Source of the DNA: an uncultured delta proteobacterium
GTDB taxonomy: Bacteria; Desulfobacterota; Syntrophia; Syntrophales; UBA5619
Length of the DNA: 64,000 bases
NCBI GenBank assembly: GCA_963817385.1
Contig: CAWFOM010000008.1
Coordinates: forward strand, 96,001 to 160,000
Reading direction: 5' to 3'
Every line of letters starts with the position of its first letter. The stretch's first letter is position 1. Both the position numbers and the translations under genes were made by a program. Below the pieces are notes generated by a model. That model was given only the letters and a program-made list of their open reading frames with translations. It had not been told where the DNA came from and made no database searches. Positions 41,353-50,666 of this stretch are shown piece by piece.

Positions 41353-41782
41353 GGGCAGCCTCTCTTTTCAGGGGGGACGGCCCCAGGCCTCTCACCTGCT
41401 CGGTAAAGCTCGTGAAGACCCGGGAGAGCTTATCGCTTTCGGAGGTCGCGATGTACTCGAGTCTCAGCCTGTCCGCTCCGATACCCATGAACTTGAGCAT
41501 CTCCTTGAGTACCGCGACCCTTTTCGCCGTGAGATAATTGCCCTTTGAATAGTGGCATTCGCCCAGATGGCAGGCCGCGATAAGCACCCCGTCAGCGCCC
41601 TTCTGAAAGGCCTTCATGATGAAATGGGGCGAAACCCTCCCGCTGCACATGGTCCGAATGACCAGAACATTCGCCGGATACTTCCGTCTCAGCGAACCGC
41701 TGAGATCCGCGGCGGCGTAGCTTCACCAGTGGCAACAGAAGGCGATTATCGTGGGTTCAGCGGTACGGAGTTGGGTTTGCAT
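41345..41782 (-). CDS. mvhD: MvhD/FlpD [2Fe-2S] subunit, selenoprotein (UGA=Sec at 41723-41725)
   Basis: MQTQLRTAEPTIIAFCCHW-U-SYAAADLSG...MCSGRV...GADGVLIAACHLGECHY; the ORF track shows only the 3' part. Confidence 0.92.
41687..41705 (-). promoter_or_regulatory. SECIS-like hairpin in mvhD
   Basis: TCTCAGCG-GTT-CGCTGAGA, 17 nt after the UGA. Confidence 0.75.
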
Positions 41783-41788
41783 GGGGTG

Positions 41789-41817
41789 AAGGTACGGAAA
41801 GCGGTCGTGGATGTCAA
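41789..41817 (-). promoter_or_regulatory. Sigma70 promoter of the mvhD-fdh-hdr operon (leaderless geometry)
   Basis: TTGACA-N17-TACCTT-N6-ATG; no SD before mvhD. Confidence 0.65.
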
Positions 41818-41853
41818 GGAGAATTTATTGGAGAATTTATTGGAGAATTTATT
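41818..41853. repeat. Perfect 12-bp tandem repeat x3 (GGAGAATTTATT)
   Basis: Units at 41818, 41830 and 41842, directly abutting the -35 box. Confidence 0.95.
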
Positions 41854-42016
41854 GCAACCTGCTGCATCAGGGAAAAAGCAATTCCACTGCAAAGGACTAC
41901 GCTAAAATCCTTCCTGCAAAAACCATTGCCGGATGTCCGCTCTCTGGAGTATAGGTCGGCAAGCGCGATTTCCGCCGCCCTTTGCCCGGCGGCGCGTCAG
42001 TTCGGGAGGTTAACGC

Positions 42017-42760
42017 ATGAAGGTCATCTTTCTGGGGACGAACGGCTGGTACGATACGGAGACGGGAAACACGGTTTGCACACTCGTGCAGACGAAAGAC
42101 TACGACATCATTTTCGACGCCGGAAACGGCATCCACCGGGCGGACCGGTACATCGACGGAGGGAAGCCCGCTTTTCTCTTCCTCGGCCACTTCCACGTCG
42201 ACCACATCGAAGGGCTCCACATCCTGGCGAAGTTCCGGTTTCCAAAAGGGCTCGTCATCTGCGGCCCCGCGGGGAGCCGCGAAATCCTGGGGACATTTCT
42301 GAACGCCCCCTTCACGATCCCCCTCTCGCTGCTCCCCTATCCGGTCCGTATCCTGGAAATGCCGGAGGAGACCGCCACCCTCCCCTTCCCCGTGGAGGCC
42401 CTGCCGCTCCGCCACGCCTCGCTCACCATGGGCTACCGGATTGAAATCGACGGCAGGACGATCGCCTACTGCTCGGACACGGGCTACTGCGAAAACGCCG
42501 TGACCCTGGGCCGGTCGGCCGATCTGCTGATCACGGAGTGCGCCTACAAGAAGGGCCAGTTCCTGGAGGAGTGGCCGCATCTCAATCCGGAGACGGCAGC
42601 CCGGATCGCCCGCGAGGCGGGCGCGAAACGGCTGGCCCTCACCCACTTCGATGCGGAGGTGTATCGGAGTCTTCCCGAACGGAAAGAATCGGAGGCCCTC
42701 GCCGCCGGGCTCTTCGCCGCGACGACGGCCGGGACGGACGGCCTGGAGATCGTCGTTTAG
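42017..42760 (+). CDS. MBL-fold metallo-hydrolase (RNase Z/BN-like)
   Basis: MKVIFLGT, FDAGNG, HFHVDH, YCSDT, LITEC, LTHF. Confidence 0.85.
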   Translation: MKVIFLGTNGWYDTETGNTVCTLVQTKDYDIIFDAGNGIHRADRYIDGGKPAFLFLGHFHVDHIEGLHILAKFRFPKGLVICGPAGSREILGTFLNAPFTIPLSLLPYPVRILEMPEETATLPFPVEALPLRHASLTMGYRIEIDGRTIAYCSDTGYCENAVTLGRSADLLITECAYKKGQFLEEWPHLNPETAARIAREAGAKRLALTHFDAEVYRSLPERKESEALAAGLFAATTAGTDGLEIVV

Positions 42761-43683
42761 TCGAGCATGTCCCGGAGCATCGGGATCATCAGGTCCATCG
42801 CCCGCTTCCCCTCTTCGATCGACTCCTCCGCCCGGTTGAATTCCATGAGCCCGATGTGGGCGAGCTTCGGCTTGACGAGGATGTCCGGCGGATCCGCGAG
42901 GAGCCGCTGGCGGGTGATGGCATCCTGCATGATCTTCACGGAGGTCGCCATCACATCGAAGAGCGACGGCCCGCGGTCCGGCTGCTCCTGGAAGAGTTGC
43001 CGAAAGAGGGTGAGGTTCCCCTTCTGCGCCGTCTGGTCGAGAAACGCCGCCCAGCGGCCCTTGGCCTGTGGTGAAACCCCGTTCCGGCCGTTGGCCGGGG
43101 GATCGGCTATCCGGCGGACCCGATGTTTTCCCATGATGTCGGAATTCAGGTTGACGGCGATGACGATGTCGGCGCCCATCGACCGGCAGGGAGAGACGGG
43201 CACGGGATTAACCAGCCCGCCGTCCACCAGCCACTGGCCGTTCCGCCCGGAGGGGGTGAAAATGCCGGGAAGCGATATGCTTGCCCGGACGGCGTCGATG
43301 AGCGACCCCTCGCGGAGCCAGACCTCCTTGCCGGTCTTGAGATCGGTCGCCACTGCGACAAACGGGATCGGCAGGTTCTCGATCATCGGATCGGAGAGCA
43401 CTCCCCGCAGATATCCGCTGATCTTCTCGCCTTCGACGAGCCCCGAGCGGGGGATCATCACGTCCATGAACCCGATGATGTGCGACCAGGAAAGCTTGCG
43501 CACCCACCGATCCAGCGGATCGAGGAATCCGGCCGCGAGAGAACCGGCGACCAGCGCACCGATGGAGGCGCCGCAGGCGATATCGATCGGAATCCCCGCC
43601 TCCTGCAGGCTCCGGATCACCCCGATATGAGACCAGCCCCGGGCAGAGCCGCTGCCCAACGCGATGCCGACTTTTTTCGCCAT
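42757..43683 (-). CDS. Patatin-like phospholipase (RssA-like)
   Basis: ALGSGSARGWSHIG, GASIG, DGG. Confidence 0.9.
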   Translation of the reverse strand: MAKKVGIALGSGSARGWSHIGVIRSLQEAGIPIDIACGASIGALVAGSLAAGFLDPLDRWVRKLSWSHIIGFMDVMIPRSGLVEGEKISGYLRGVLSDPMIENLPIPFVAVATDLKTGKEVWLREGSLIDAVRASISLPGIFTPSGRNGQWLVDGGLVNPVPVSPCRSMGADIVIAVNLNSDIMGKHRVRRIADPPANGRNGVSPQAKGRWAAFLDQTAQKGNLTLFRQLFQEQPDRGPSLFDVMATSVKIMQDAITRQRLLADPPDILVKPKLAHIGLMEFNRAEESIEEGKRAMDLMIPMLRDMLD

Positions 43684-43809
43684 GCCGCCCTTTCTTTCCT
43701 CAGAAAAATTTTCCTCCCCTTATCACATTTTGCCGGTTATGTCAGGACGATCGGTCAAACTTCTGTGCCGCCACCGAAATTTTTCCGGTGACCTCATTTA
43801 AAATCCGAA

Positions 43810-44674
43810 TCACCTTCCCCTGAGGCCCATGACGGCCGTGCAGACATATATCGCCGGAAGCCACCAGGACGATCGTCGCTCCTGAAGCCGTGCCCAGGTA
43901 GTAGGATGCGATGATGCCCGTAATCCCCGAAAAGAGACTGATACAGATCGAGACGGCGGTATAGTCGGATACGCAGCGGGTGACGTTGCGGGCGGCGGCC
44001 GCGGGCAGAACGAGGAGGGCGCCGATGATGAGAATCCCCACCATCTGAATCGACAGCGTGACCAGGATGGCCAAAAGAAGTGAAAAAGAAATGTCCATGA
44101 GGAAGGGGGAAACACCCCGGCTTTTCGCGAGGCTGGAATTCATGCCCACCAGGACCAGACGGTTTCCGAAAAAAAACCAGAATCCCGCCATGATGACAAA
44201 AAAGGCGGCGAGGATGAGGATATGATCGGGCGTCACCGCCAGGATGTCGCCGATCAGATACGACGTGAACTTGTTGAATCCCCCGTTTCGGCTCAGGATG
44301 ACAATCCCGAAGGAAATCGTTGCGGAAAAAAGGACCCCCAGGATGGTATCGGATGACGTGGCCGTCCAGAGCTTCATGAAATTATAGATCAGGGCCAAAA
44401 GAGCGGCAAACCCGATCATCGCCCACAGCGGTTCCGCCATGCCCGCCAGGACGCCGATGGCGATGCCGGTCAGGGCCGAGTGCCCCAGAACGTCGGAAAA
44501 AAAGGCCATGCGGTTATTGATGACCATGGTCCCCACGAGGGCGAAGAGAGGCGAAACGATGATGATCCCCAGAAGCGCCGTCCGCATGAACTCATACTCC
44601 GTCCAGGCGAAGGGCAGAGCGGCGATGCCCTGATGCCATGCGGTCATGATTGCTTGAAAAAAATGCGTCATCAT
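43810..44674 (-). CDS. znuB: Metal (Zn/Mn) ABC transporter permease; 1-bp insertion near the 3' end (about 43855)
   Basis: SDVLGHSALTG, YLIGDIL, VGILIIGALLVLPAAAA; removing one base restores a hydrophobic end AIYVCTAVMGLRGR*. Confidence 0.85.
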
Positions 44675-45441
44675 GCCCCTTCCCCCGCGGGCGACGCCGG
44701 GCTGCCTGGCCGCCCCGGAAAGGTTTCCCTGATCTGCCGCGACACGAGAATATCATCCGGCCTCCCCTCGGCCACGACGCTGCGGTTCAGGAGCAGCACC
44801 CGGTTGGCGTGGGGCGCGATCCCGAGCAGGTCGTGCGTCACGATGAGGATCGCGACATCGAGGGTGTCGCGGAGTTTTCCAACGATGTCCAGGAAGAGCT
44901 CCGTGCCCGCGGCGTCTATTCCCGACACGGGTTCATCCAAAAGGAGGATATCGGGTTCCGACGTGAGGGCAAGACACAAAAGAACCCGCTGCAACTCCCC
45001 CCCGGAGAGATCGCCGATCCGTTTGTCGATGAGGTGGGCGGCGGAGACTGCGCCGAGAATTTCCTTGATGAGACTCCTGTCCTTTCCGGAAATACCGAGC
45101 CAGACGGGACGGCTGCTGACGGCACAGGCCAGAAAGTCGGCGACGCAGACGGGAGCTCCCCGGTCAAAATCGAGGGTCTGCGGGACATAGCCGATGCGGG
45201 GACGCTCCTGCCTTTCACCCCGGATCTGCCAGATGATGCGGCCGGAGTAGGGAACGACGCCGAGCATGGCCTTGAGCAGTGTGGTTTTCCCGGCGCCGTT
45301 CGGTCCGACAATCGCGAGGATCTCACGGCAATTGACGTGCAGATTTACGTCGTCCAGAATGAGCTGCTTTCCCAGGGAAACGCTCATGTTCTCGATCTTG
45401 ATGCAGCAATGGCCGCAGGCATTTGGTTCGGTGGGTTTCAT
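44671..45441 (-). CDS. znuC: Metal ABC transporter ATP-binding protein
   Basis: GPNGAGKTT, IGYVPQ, LSGGELQR, LLDEP. Confidence 0.88.
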   Translation of the reverse strand: MKPTEPNACGHCCIKIENMSVSLGKQLILDDVNLHVNCREILAIVGPNGAGKTTLLKAMLGVVPYSGRIIWQIRGERQERPRIGYVPQTLDFDRGAPVCVADFLACAVSSRPVWLGISGKDRSLIKEILGAVSAAHLIDKRIGDLSGGELQRVLLCLALTSEPDILLLDEPVSGIDAAGTELFLDIVGKLRDTLDVAILIVTHDLLGIAPHANRVLLLNRSVVAEGRPDDILVSRQIRETFPGRPGSPASPAGEGA

Positions 45442-45447
45442 TCGTCC

Positions 45448-46322
45448 CTATTTCAGTGCAACCTTCAAGGTCGCAAGGTTTTTCCTCATGGTGTCGATGT
45501 ACGCATCCGGCGTCGCCGGCCCGGTCACGGCGGGATCCAGCAGGTACAAACGCACCCCCGTCTCCCGGGCGATCGTTTCGGCGGCCGCGGCGGGGTACTG
45601 GGGTTCGCTGAAGAGGGCCTTGACGCGGAGTTTTTTGATGATCCCGATGGTATCGGCGAGCTCCCTGGCGCTGGGGGCGCTGCCCGGCTCACGTTCGATG
45701 ACGCCCACGATCTTCAGACCGAACTCCTCGGCGAAATAGGAAAAGGCTTCATGGAATGTCACGATCGGCGTTCCGCGGTATGCGTCCAGGCCGTCGTGCA
45801 TCTCCCTGCGGAGCGCTTCCAGGCGGGCGATGTACTCCCGGCTGTTCTTTTCGTATTGAGGGGCATTGCCGGGATCGACTCGCGACATGAATTGGGAGAG
45901 ATTCTTCACCTGGGTGATCGCGTGCCCGACGCTGACCCAGACATGGGGATTCGGGCCCCCCCCGCGCCTTGGATGAGCGGAATCCCCCGGGCGAGCTCGA
46001 CGATCCTGATACGCGGGTATTTCTTGGATATCCTGACCAGGTAAGACTCCATGTCGGCGCCGTTGGCGATCAGGATGTCCGCCTTTTCGAGCTTGCGCAT
46101 GTCGTCCGGGGTGAGGGCGTAATCGTGAAGGCAGCCCACCGTCGGGGGGGCGAGATTCGCAAGGGCGATGCCTTTGACATCTTTCAGGACATTCATCGCC
46201 ATGATGTGCATGGGATAGAACGATGTCAGGACGCGGATTTCACGCGGCTTCGCTGCCGCGGCCGATGCCCCTCCCGGGGAAAACAGAATAACCAAAACCA
46301 GAAGGGCAAACAGATACCCCAT
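45448..46322 (-). CDS. znuA: Metal ABC transporter substrate-binding protein; frameshift in the G8 run at 45956-45963
   Basis: CLHDYALTP; adding one G gives NPHVW; HEAFSYFA, LLDP. Confidence 0.85.
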
Positions 46323-46351
46323 GAACTTCTTCTTTTTGACATAAACTTATC

Positions 46352-46747
46352 CTATAGCAGATTCAATGCCCCGCACATCCCGCACACAGGCCGTGCAAGG
46401 GTGACCTCATGCCCCTCCATCAGGAAATTATCCGGCACCATCCCCATAAACAGCTCTTTGCCAAGACATCCGGTGATGTCAAAGACGGTCCTGCATTTCT
46501 GGCACAAAAAGTGATGATGATGCCCTCGATCAACGAGCTCATAGCGGGGAGGACCATCCTGGATCAAGACGGAAATGATCTCATGAGCTTCCGCAAGAGC
46601 CCGGAGGGCGCGGTAGACCGTGGCCACGCCCAGGCGCCGCCCAAGACCCTCCGCTATCCTGAGGATATCGGCAGGAAGCAGCGGCCGGGTGCTGTTGCGG
46701 AGAATCTCATGAACGATCTCCTGCTGGATTGCCCTTCGTTTGCGCAT
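46352..46747 (-). CDS. Fur-family transcriptional regulator (Zur/Mur-like)
   Basis: GVATVYRAL, HHHHFLCQKC, C-terminal CGMC; heads the metal ABC operon. Confidence 0.88.
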   Translation of the reverse strand: MRKRRAIQQEIVHEILRNSTRPLLPADILRIAEGLGRRLGVATVYRALRALAEAHEIISVLIQDGPPRYELVDRGHHHHFLCQKCRTVFDITGCLGKELFMGMVPDNFLMEGHEVTLARPVCGMCGALNLL

Positions 46748-46774
46748 GATCCCTCTCTTTTTATGATACGATAT

Positions 46775-46812
46775 ATGATAATTGATTATCATTAACCGAT
46801 CAGCCCTGTCAA
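46775..46812 (-). promoter_or_regulatory. Promoter overlapped by a Fur-box-like palindrome
   Basis: ATGATAAT-TG-ATTATCAT at 46775-46792; minus-strand TTGACA (46807-46812)-N16-GATAAT. Confidence 0.75.
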
Positions 46813-46981
46813 GACGATAAAAGTGCGGTAATACCTCGCACCTGATTCTCCCTCACCGGACAAGATCCTTGACTTTGTATGCATTTTTTGTTGAGATGAC
46901 GGCGCTTCATGCTCATGCAGAAGCGATACCGGAATCACTCCTCATACGAATCTCGGCGGCCCACAGGAGCAACCGTTCGGA

Positions 46982-47890
46982 ATGATAAAATTGTTGATTT
47001 TCCTCCGCAACCGCAACTGGATCTTTCTGCTCGCCCTGACCGCCGGTCTGTTTCTCCCGCAGGCCGTTCCGGTCACCCGGCACCTTGTTCTCCCGGCCCT
47101 TGCCCTGGCGATGGCCCTCTCCACGATGGGAATCGAAAACGCAATCTTCCGCCGTCCGCGCTCCCTTGTCTTTCCCGCCCTGCTCGGGGTCATCATGAGC
47201 TATATTATCCTGGGCAACATCATCATCGGCCTTGCCGCCCTCATGATCCACGATGAGATGATCTGGATCGGTTTCGTCCTGCTGGCGGCGGCGCCGCCTG
47301 CCGTCGCCGTGATCCCCTTTTCCGTGTTCCTGCGCGGCAACGGACCGTTGTCCCTGATCGGCACGGTGGGGGCGTATCTGGGCGCCCTGGCGATCATGCC
47401 GCTCATGGCCTTCGGGCTCCTCCGTTCCCTGATGTTTGATCCGTTCAAGCTCCTGATGATCACGCTTGAACTGATCATCCTTCCGCTCGCCGTCTCCCGC
47501 CTGCTTATCCAGAAAGGTTTGAAGGAGCGTATTGAACCGTACAGCGGCACCATCACGAACTGGAGTTTCTTTCTCGTTCTCTATACCCTGGTCGGCCTGA
47601 ACCGCGATATCATCCTCGGCCGGACGCTGACCCTCCTGCCGATCGCCTCGATCGCCGTCATCAGCATGTTCATTCTCGGGTTCCTCATCGACTGGGTCTT
47701 CGGCCTCTTTCACATTCCGAAGGAGACCCGGACCAGCCTCGTCCTCCTGGGCACCCTCAAGAATCAGGGGATGGCGGGCGGCTTTGCCCTGACGCTCTTC
47801 AGCCAGGAGACGGCCCTCCCCGCAGCGGTCTCCACCATGGTCATGATCGTCTACATCATTTGGCTTGATTTCAAAAGACGGTGGGATTGA
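46982..47890 (+). CDS. Bile acid:sodium symporter-like membrane protein
   Basis: About 9-10 TM helices, LLAAAPPAVA, GTLKNQG. Confidence 0.7.
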   Translation: MIKLLIFLRNRNWIFLLALTAGLFLPQAVPVTRHLVLPALALAMALSTMGIENAIFRRPRSLVFPALLGVIMSYIILGNIIIGLAALMIHDEMIWIGFVLLAAAPPAVAVIPFSVFLRGNGPLSLIGTVGAYLGALAIMPLMAFGLLRSLMFDPFKLLMITLELIILPLAVSRLLIQKGLKERIEPYSGTITNWSFFLVLYTLVGLNRDIILGRTLTLLPIASIAVISMFILGFLIDWVFGLFHIPKETRTSLVLLGTLKNQGMAGGFALTLFSQETALPAAVSTMVMIVYIIWLDFKRRWD

Positions 47891-47916
47891 ACAAATGGAA
47901 AAGGAGGGAACACGCT

Positions 47917-49548
47917 ATGATGGATTATCCGTTGTTGCTCAGAACGTTTCTTTTGCGGGCGGCAAACTATTTTCCGAAAAAGGAAGTCGTCTCCGTCTAT
48001 CCCAACAATGAAATCTTCCGCTACACCTATGCCGATTATTTCAAACGGACCTGCCAGCTCGCCCACGCCCTGGAGTCTCTAGGGATAAAACGGGGCGACC
48101 ATGTGGCCAGCATGGCGCTCAATACGCACCGGCATCTGGAGCTCTATTTCGGCGTCCCCTGCATGGGCGCGGCCCTCCACACGACGAACTTCCGCCTCCC
48201 GCTGCACCATCTGGTCTATATCATCAACCACGCCGAAGACAAGGTCCTGTTCGTCGACGAGGATCTGGTCTTCATCGCCGACGCGATCAAGGACCAGCTC
48301 ACGACCGTCAAGCACTATGTAATCCTCTCCCAGAGCGGCAAGATGCCGCAGACCGGTCTCAAGCCGGTCAGTCTGTACGACGATCTCATCGCCCCGTTCC
48401 CCGAGAGCTATGATTTCCCCGACGATCTGAGCGAAGGGGATCCGGCGATGATCTGCTACACCTCCGCCACGACGGGCGACCCCAAAGGCGTCGTCTATTC
48501 GCACCGGGGTCTTGTCCTGCACAGTTATGCGGCGGCCTGTACGCTCAGGGTCTCGGAAAGCGACTGCGCCCTGCATATCGTCCCGATGTTCCACGCCAAC
48601 GCCTGGGGCGGACCCTTCGGCTGCGTCGGTTTCGGCTGCAAGCAGGTCCTGCCGGGGCGGGAGACGATCAACATGGAGGCCATCTGCAAGGTGATCGCCG
48701 AAGAACGGGTGACCTTTACCGCCGGCGTCCCGACGATCTGGCTGATGCTCTACAATTACCTGGAAGGGGGAGGCAAACACGACTTCTCCTCGCTCAAGAC
48801 CATCGCCTCGGGCGGCTCGGCCTGTCCGCGTTTCCTTATGGAAGCCCTCAACGAGAAGTACGGTTTTCCCATCATGCAGGCCTACGGCATGACGGAAACA
48901 TCGCCGCTGGCGATGGTCGCCGCCCCCAAGAGCTCGATGGCCGACTGGCCGATAGAGAAACTCTATGACGTCAAATCCAGCGCCGGCATCCTGGCGCCGG
49001 GTCTGGAGATGAAGATCATCAACGAACAGGGACGGGAGGTCAAGCACGACGGCAAGGAGTGGGGCGAGATCCTGCTCAGGGGACCCTGGGTCGCCAATGA
49101 ATACTACAAGGATCCGGAACGGTCGAAGCCTGTTTTCGCGGGAGGATGGCTCCACACCGGCGATGTCGGGACGATCGACGAAGAGGGCTACGTCCGCCTG
49201 GTCGACCGGACGAAGGACCTCGTGAAGAGCGGCGGGGAGTGGATCTCCTCGGTGGATCTGGAGAACCTGATCATGGCCCATCCGGCCGTCGCCGAGGCCG
49301 CCGTGATCGGCGTCCCCCACAGCAAATGGGTGGAGCGCCCCCTGGGCTGCGTCGTCCTCCAGCCGGGAAAGACGGTAACGGAAGAGGCGCTCAAGGAGTT
49401 CCTCAAGGACAAGGTCAAGGCCGCCTGGTGGATCCCGGATCACTTCGCCTTCCTCGATCAGATCCCGAAAACCAGCGTAGGGAAGTTCAGCAAGAAAGAG
49501 CTCCGCGAGATGGTCGCGGGCGGCAAGATCCCGCTCCCGGCGGAATGA
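47917..49548 (+). CDS. Fatty-acid--CoA ligase (AMP-binding family)
   Basis: YTSATTGDPKG, PMFHANAWG, YGMTETSP, WLHTGD, DRTKDLVKSGGEWISS, PKTSVGK. Confidence 0.93.
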   Translation: MMDYPLLLRTFLLRAANYFPKKEVVSVYPNNEIFRYTYADYFKRTCQLAHALESLGIKRGDHVASMALNTHRHLELYFGVPCMGAALHTTNFRLPLHHLVYIINHAEDKVLFVDEDLVFIADAIKDQLTTVKHYVILSQSGKMPQTGLKPVSLYDDLIAPFPESYDFPDDLSEGDPAMICYTSATTGDPKGVVYSHRGLVLHSYAAACTLRVSESDCALHIVPMFHANAWGGPFGCVGFGCKQVLPGRETINMEAICKVIAEERVTFTAGVPTIWLMLYNYLEGGGKHDFSSLKTIASGGSACPRFLMEALNEKYGFPIMQAYGMTETSPLAMVAAPKSSMADWPIEKLYDVKSSAGILAPGLEMKIINEQGREVKHDGKEWGEILLRGPWVANEYYKDPERSKPVFAGGWLHTGDVGTIDEEGYVRLVDRTKDLVKSGGEWISSVDLENLIMAHPAVAEAAVIGVPHSKWVERPLGCVVLQPGKTVTEEALKEFLKDKVKAAWWIPDHFAFLDQIPKTSVGKFSKKELREMVAGGKIPLPAE

Positions 49549-49700
49549 CGCGATCGGATGGGCAAGCGGACGGTCGCCGCAACCGGTGAGGACGGCTTTT
49601 CGGACACGTTCGATTCGTCACCTGCCGTTTTTTGTGGAAAGGCCGCGGGATGAGTGGTAGAATACACCATAAACCTCTACCGAGAAAGGAGACAAGAGCG

Positions 49701-50292
49701 ATGATAACGTTACCTGAACTGCCCTTTGCCAAAGACGCCCTGGCCCCGGTGATCAGCGCCAACACCCTGGAGTTCCATTACGGCAAGCACCACAAGGCGT
49801 ATGTCGACAACCTGGGAAAATTGATCGCGGGAACCGATCTGGCCAATTCGGACCTGGAGACAATCATCAAAAAAGCAGCCGGCGATTCCGCCAAGACGGG
49901 GATCTTCAACAACGCCGCCCAGGTCTGGAACCACTCCTTCTACTGGAAATGCCTGAAGGCCGGGGGAGGCGGCGCGCCGACCGGCGCCGTCGCCGCGAAA
50001 ATCACCGCCGCCTGGGGGAGTTATCGAAAAATTCGCGGAGGAGCTGAAGAACGCCGGAGTGACCCAGTTCGGAAGCGGCTGGGCGTGGCTTGTCCTCGAG
50101 GGAGGAGCGCTGAAGATCGTCAAGACCGCAAACGCCGACACCCCCATCGTTCACGGCCAGAAACCGCTCCTCACCCTTGACGTCTGGGAGCACGCCTACT
50201 ATCTCGATTACCAGAACCGCCGGCCCGATTACCTGGCCGCGGTCATCGGCAAGTTGATCAACTGGGATTTCGTCAACGCAAACCTCGGCTGA
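49701..50292 (+). CDS. sodB: Fe superoxide dismutase; 1-bp insertion near 50025
   Basis: [24 protein letters not shown], then FGSGWAWL and DVWEHAYY in the shifted frame. Confidence 0.9.
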
Positions 50293-50418
50293 CCGATTCC
50301 AAGGGCGGAGGGCTTTCCCTTCGCCCTCCCGGTTGACGGCGCCGGCAGCCGTTCTTTTCACCGTGATGGGAAACCGGGGGACTCGCTCCATACTCCTTTT
50401 TCACAGAAAGGATCACTC

Positions 50419-50607
50419 ATGAAATGCAATGTCGGAAGAACGGATCGCATCATTCGCGTCATCATCGGCCTGGGTATCATCTGGGCGGGGTTCTACTACG
50501 AAAACTGGTGGGGGGCGATCGGCATCGTCTTCTTGGCCACCGCCGCCATGGGCCACTGCCCGACCTACATCCCCTTCAAGTTTTCCACCTGTGGGAAAAA
50601 TGATTGA
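50419..50607 (+). CDS. DUF2892 (YgaP-like) small membrane protein
   Basis: MKCNVGRTDRIIR...CPTY...STC. Confidence 0.85.
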   Translation: MKCNVGRTDRIIRVIIGLGIIWAGFYYENWWGAIGIVFLATAAMGHCPTYIPFKFSTCGKND

Positions 50608-50666
50608 CCCCTTCCCGCACGGGCGGGAAAATGTTTTTTGCGCGTGGTCGTGATTGGGTGCGCCGT

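Noticed and set aside
36499..41782. hdrA, fdhA and mvhD as split genes or pseudogenes
   Set aside because: Breaks are single in-frame TGA codons at conserved Cys positions with SECIS-like hairpins; best explained by selenocysteine
45956..45963. Phase-variable homopolymer in znuA (and the C-run in ispE)
   Set aside because: Runs are short, ispE is normally essential, and non-homopolymer indels are also present; sequencing error is more parsimonious
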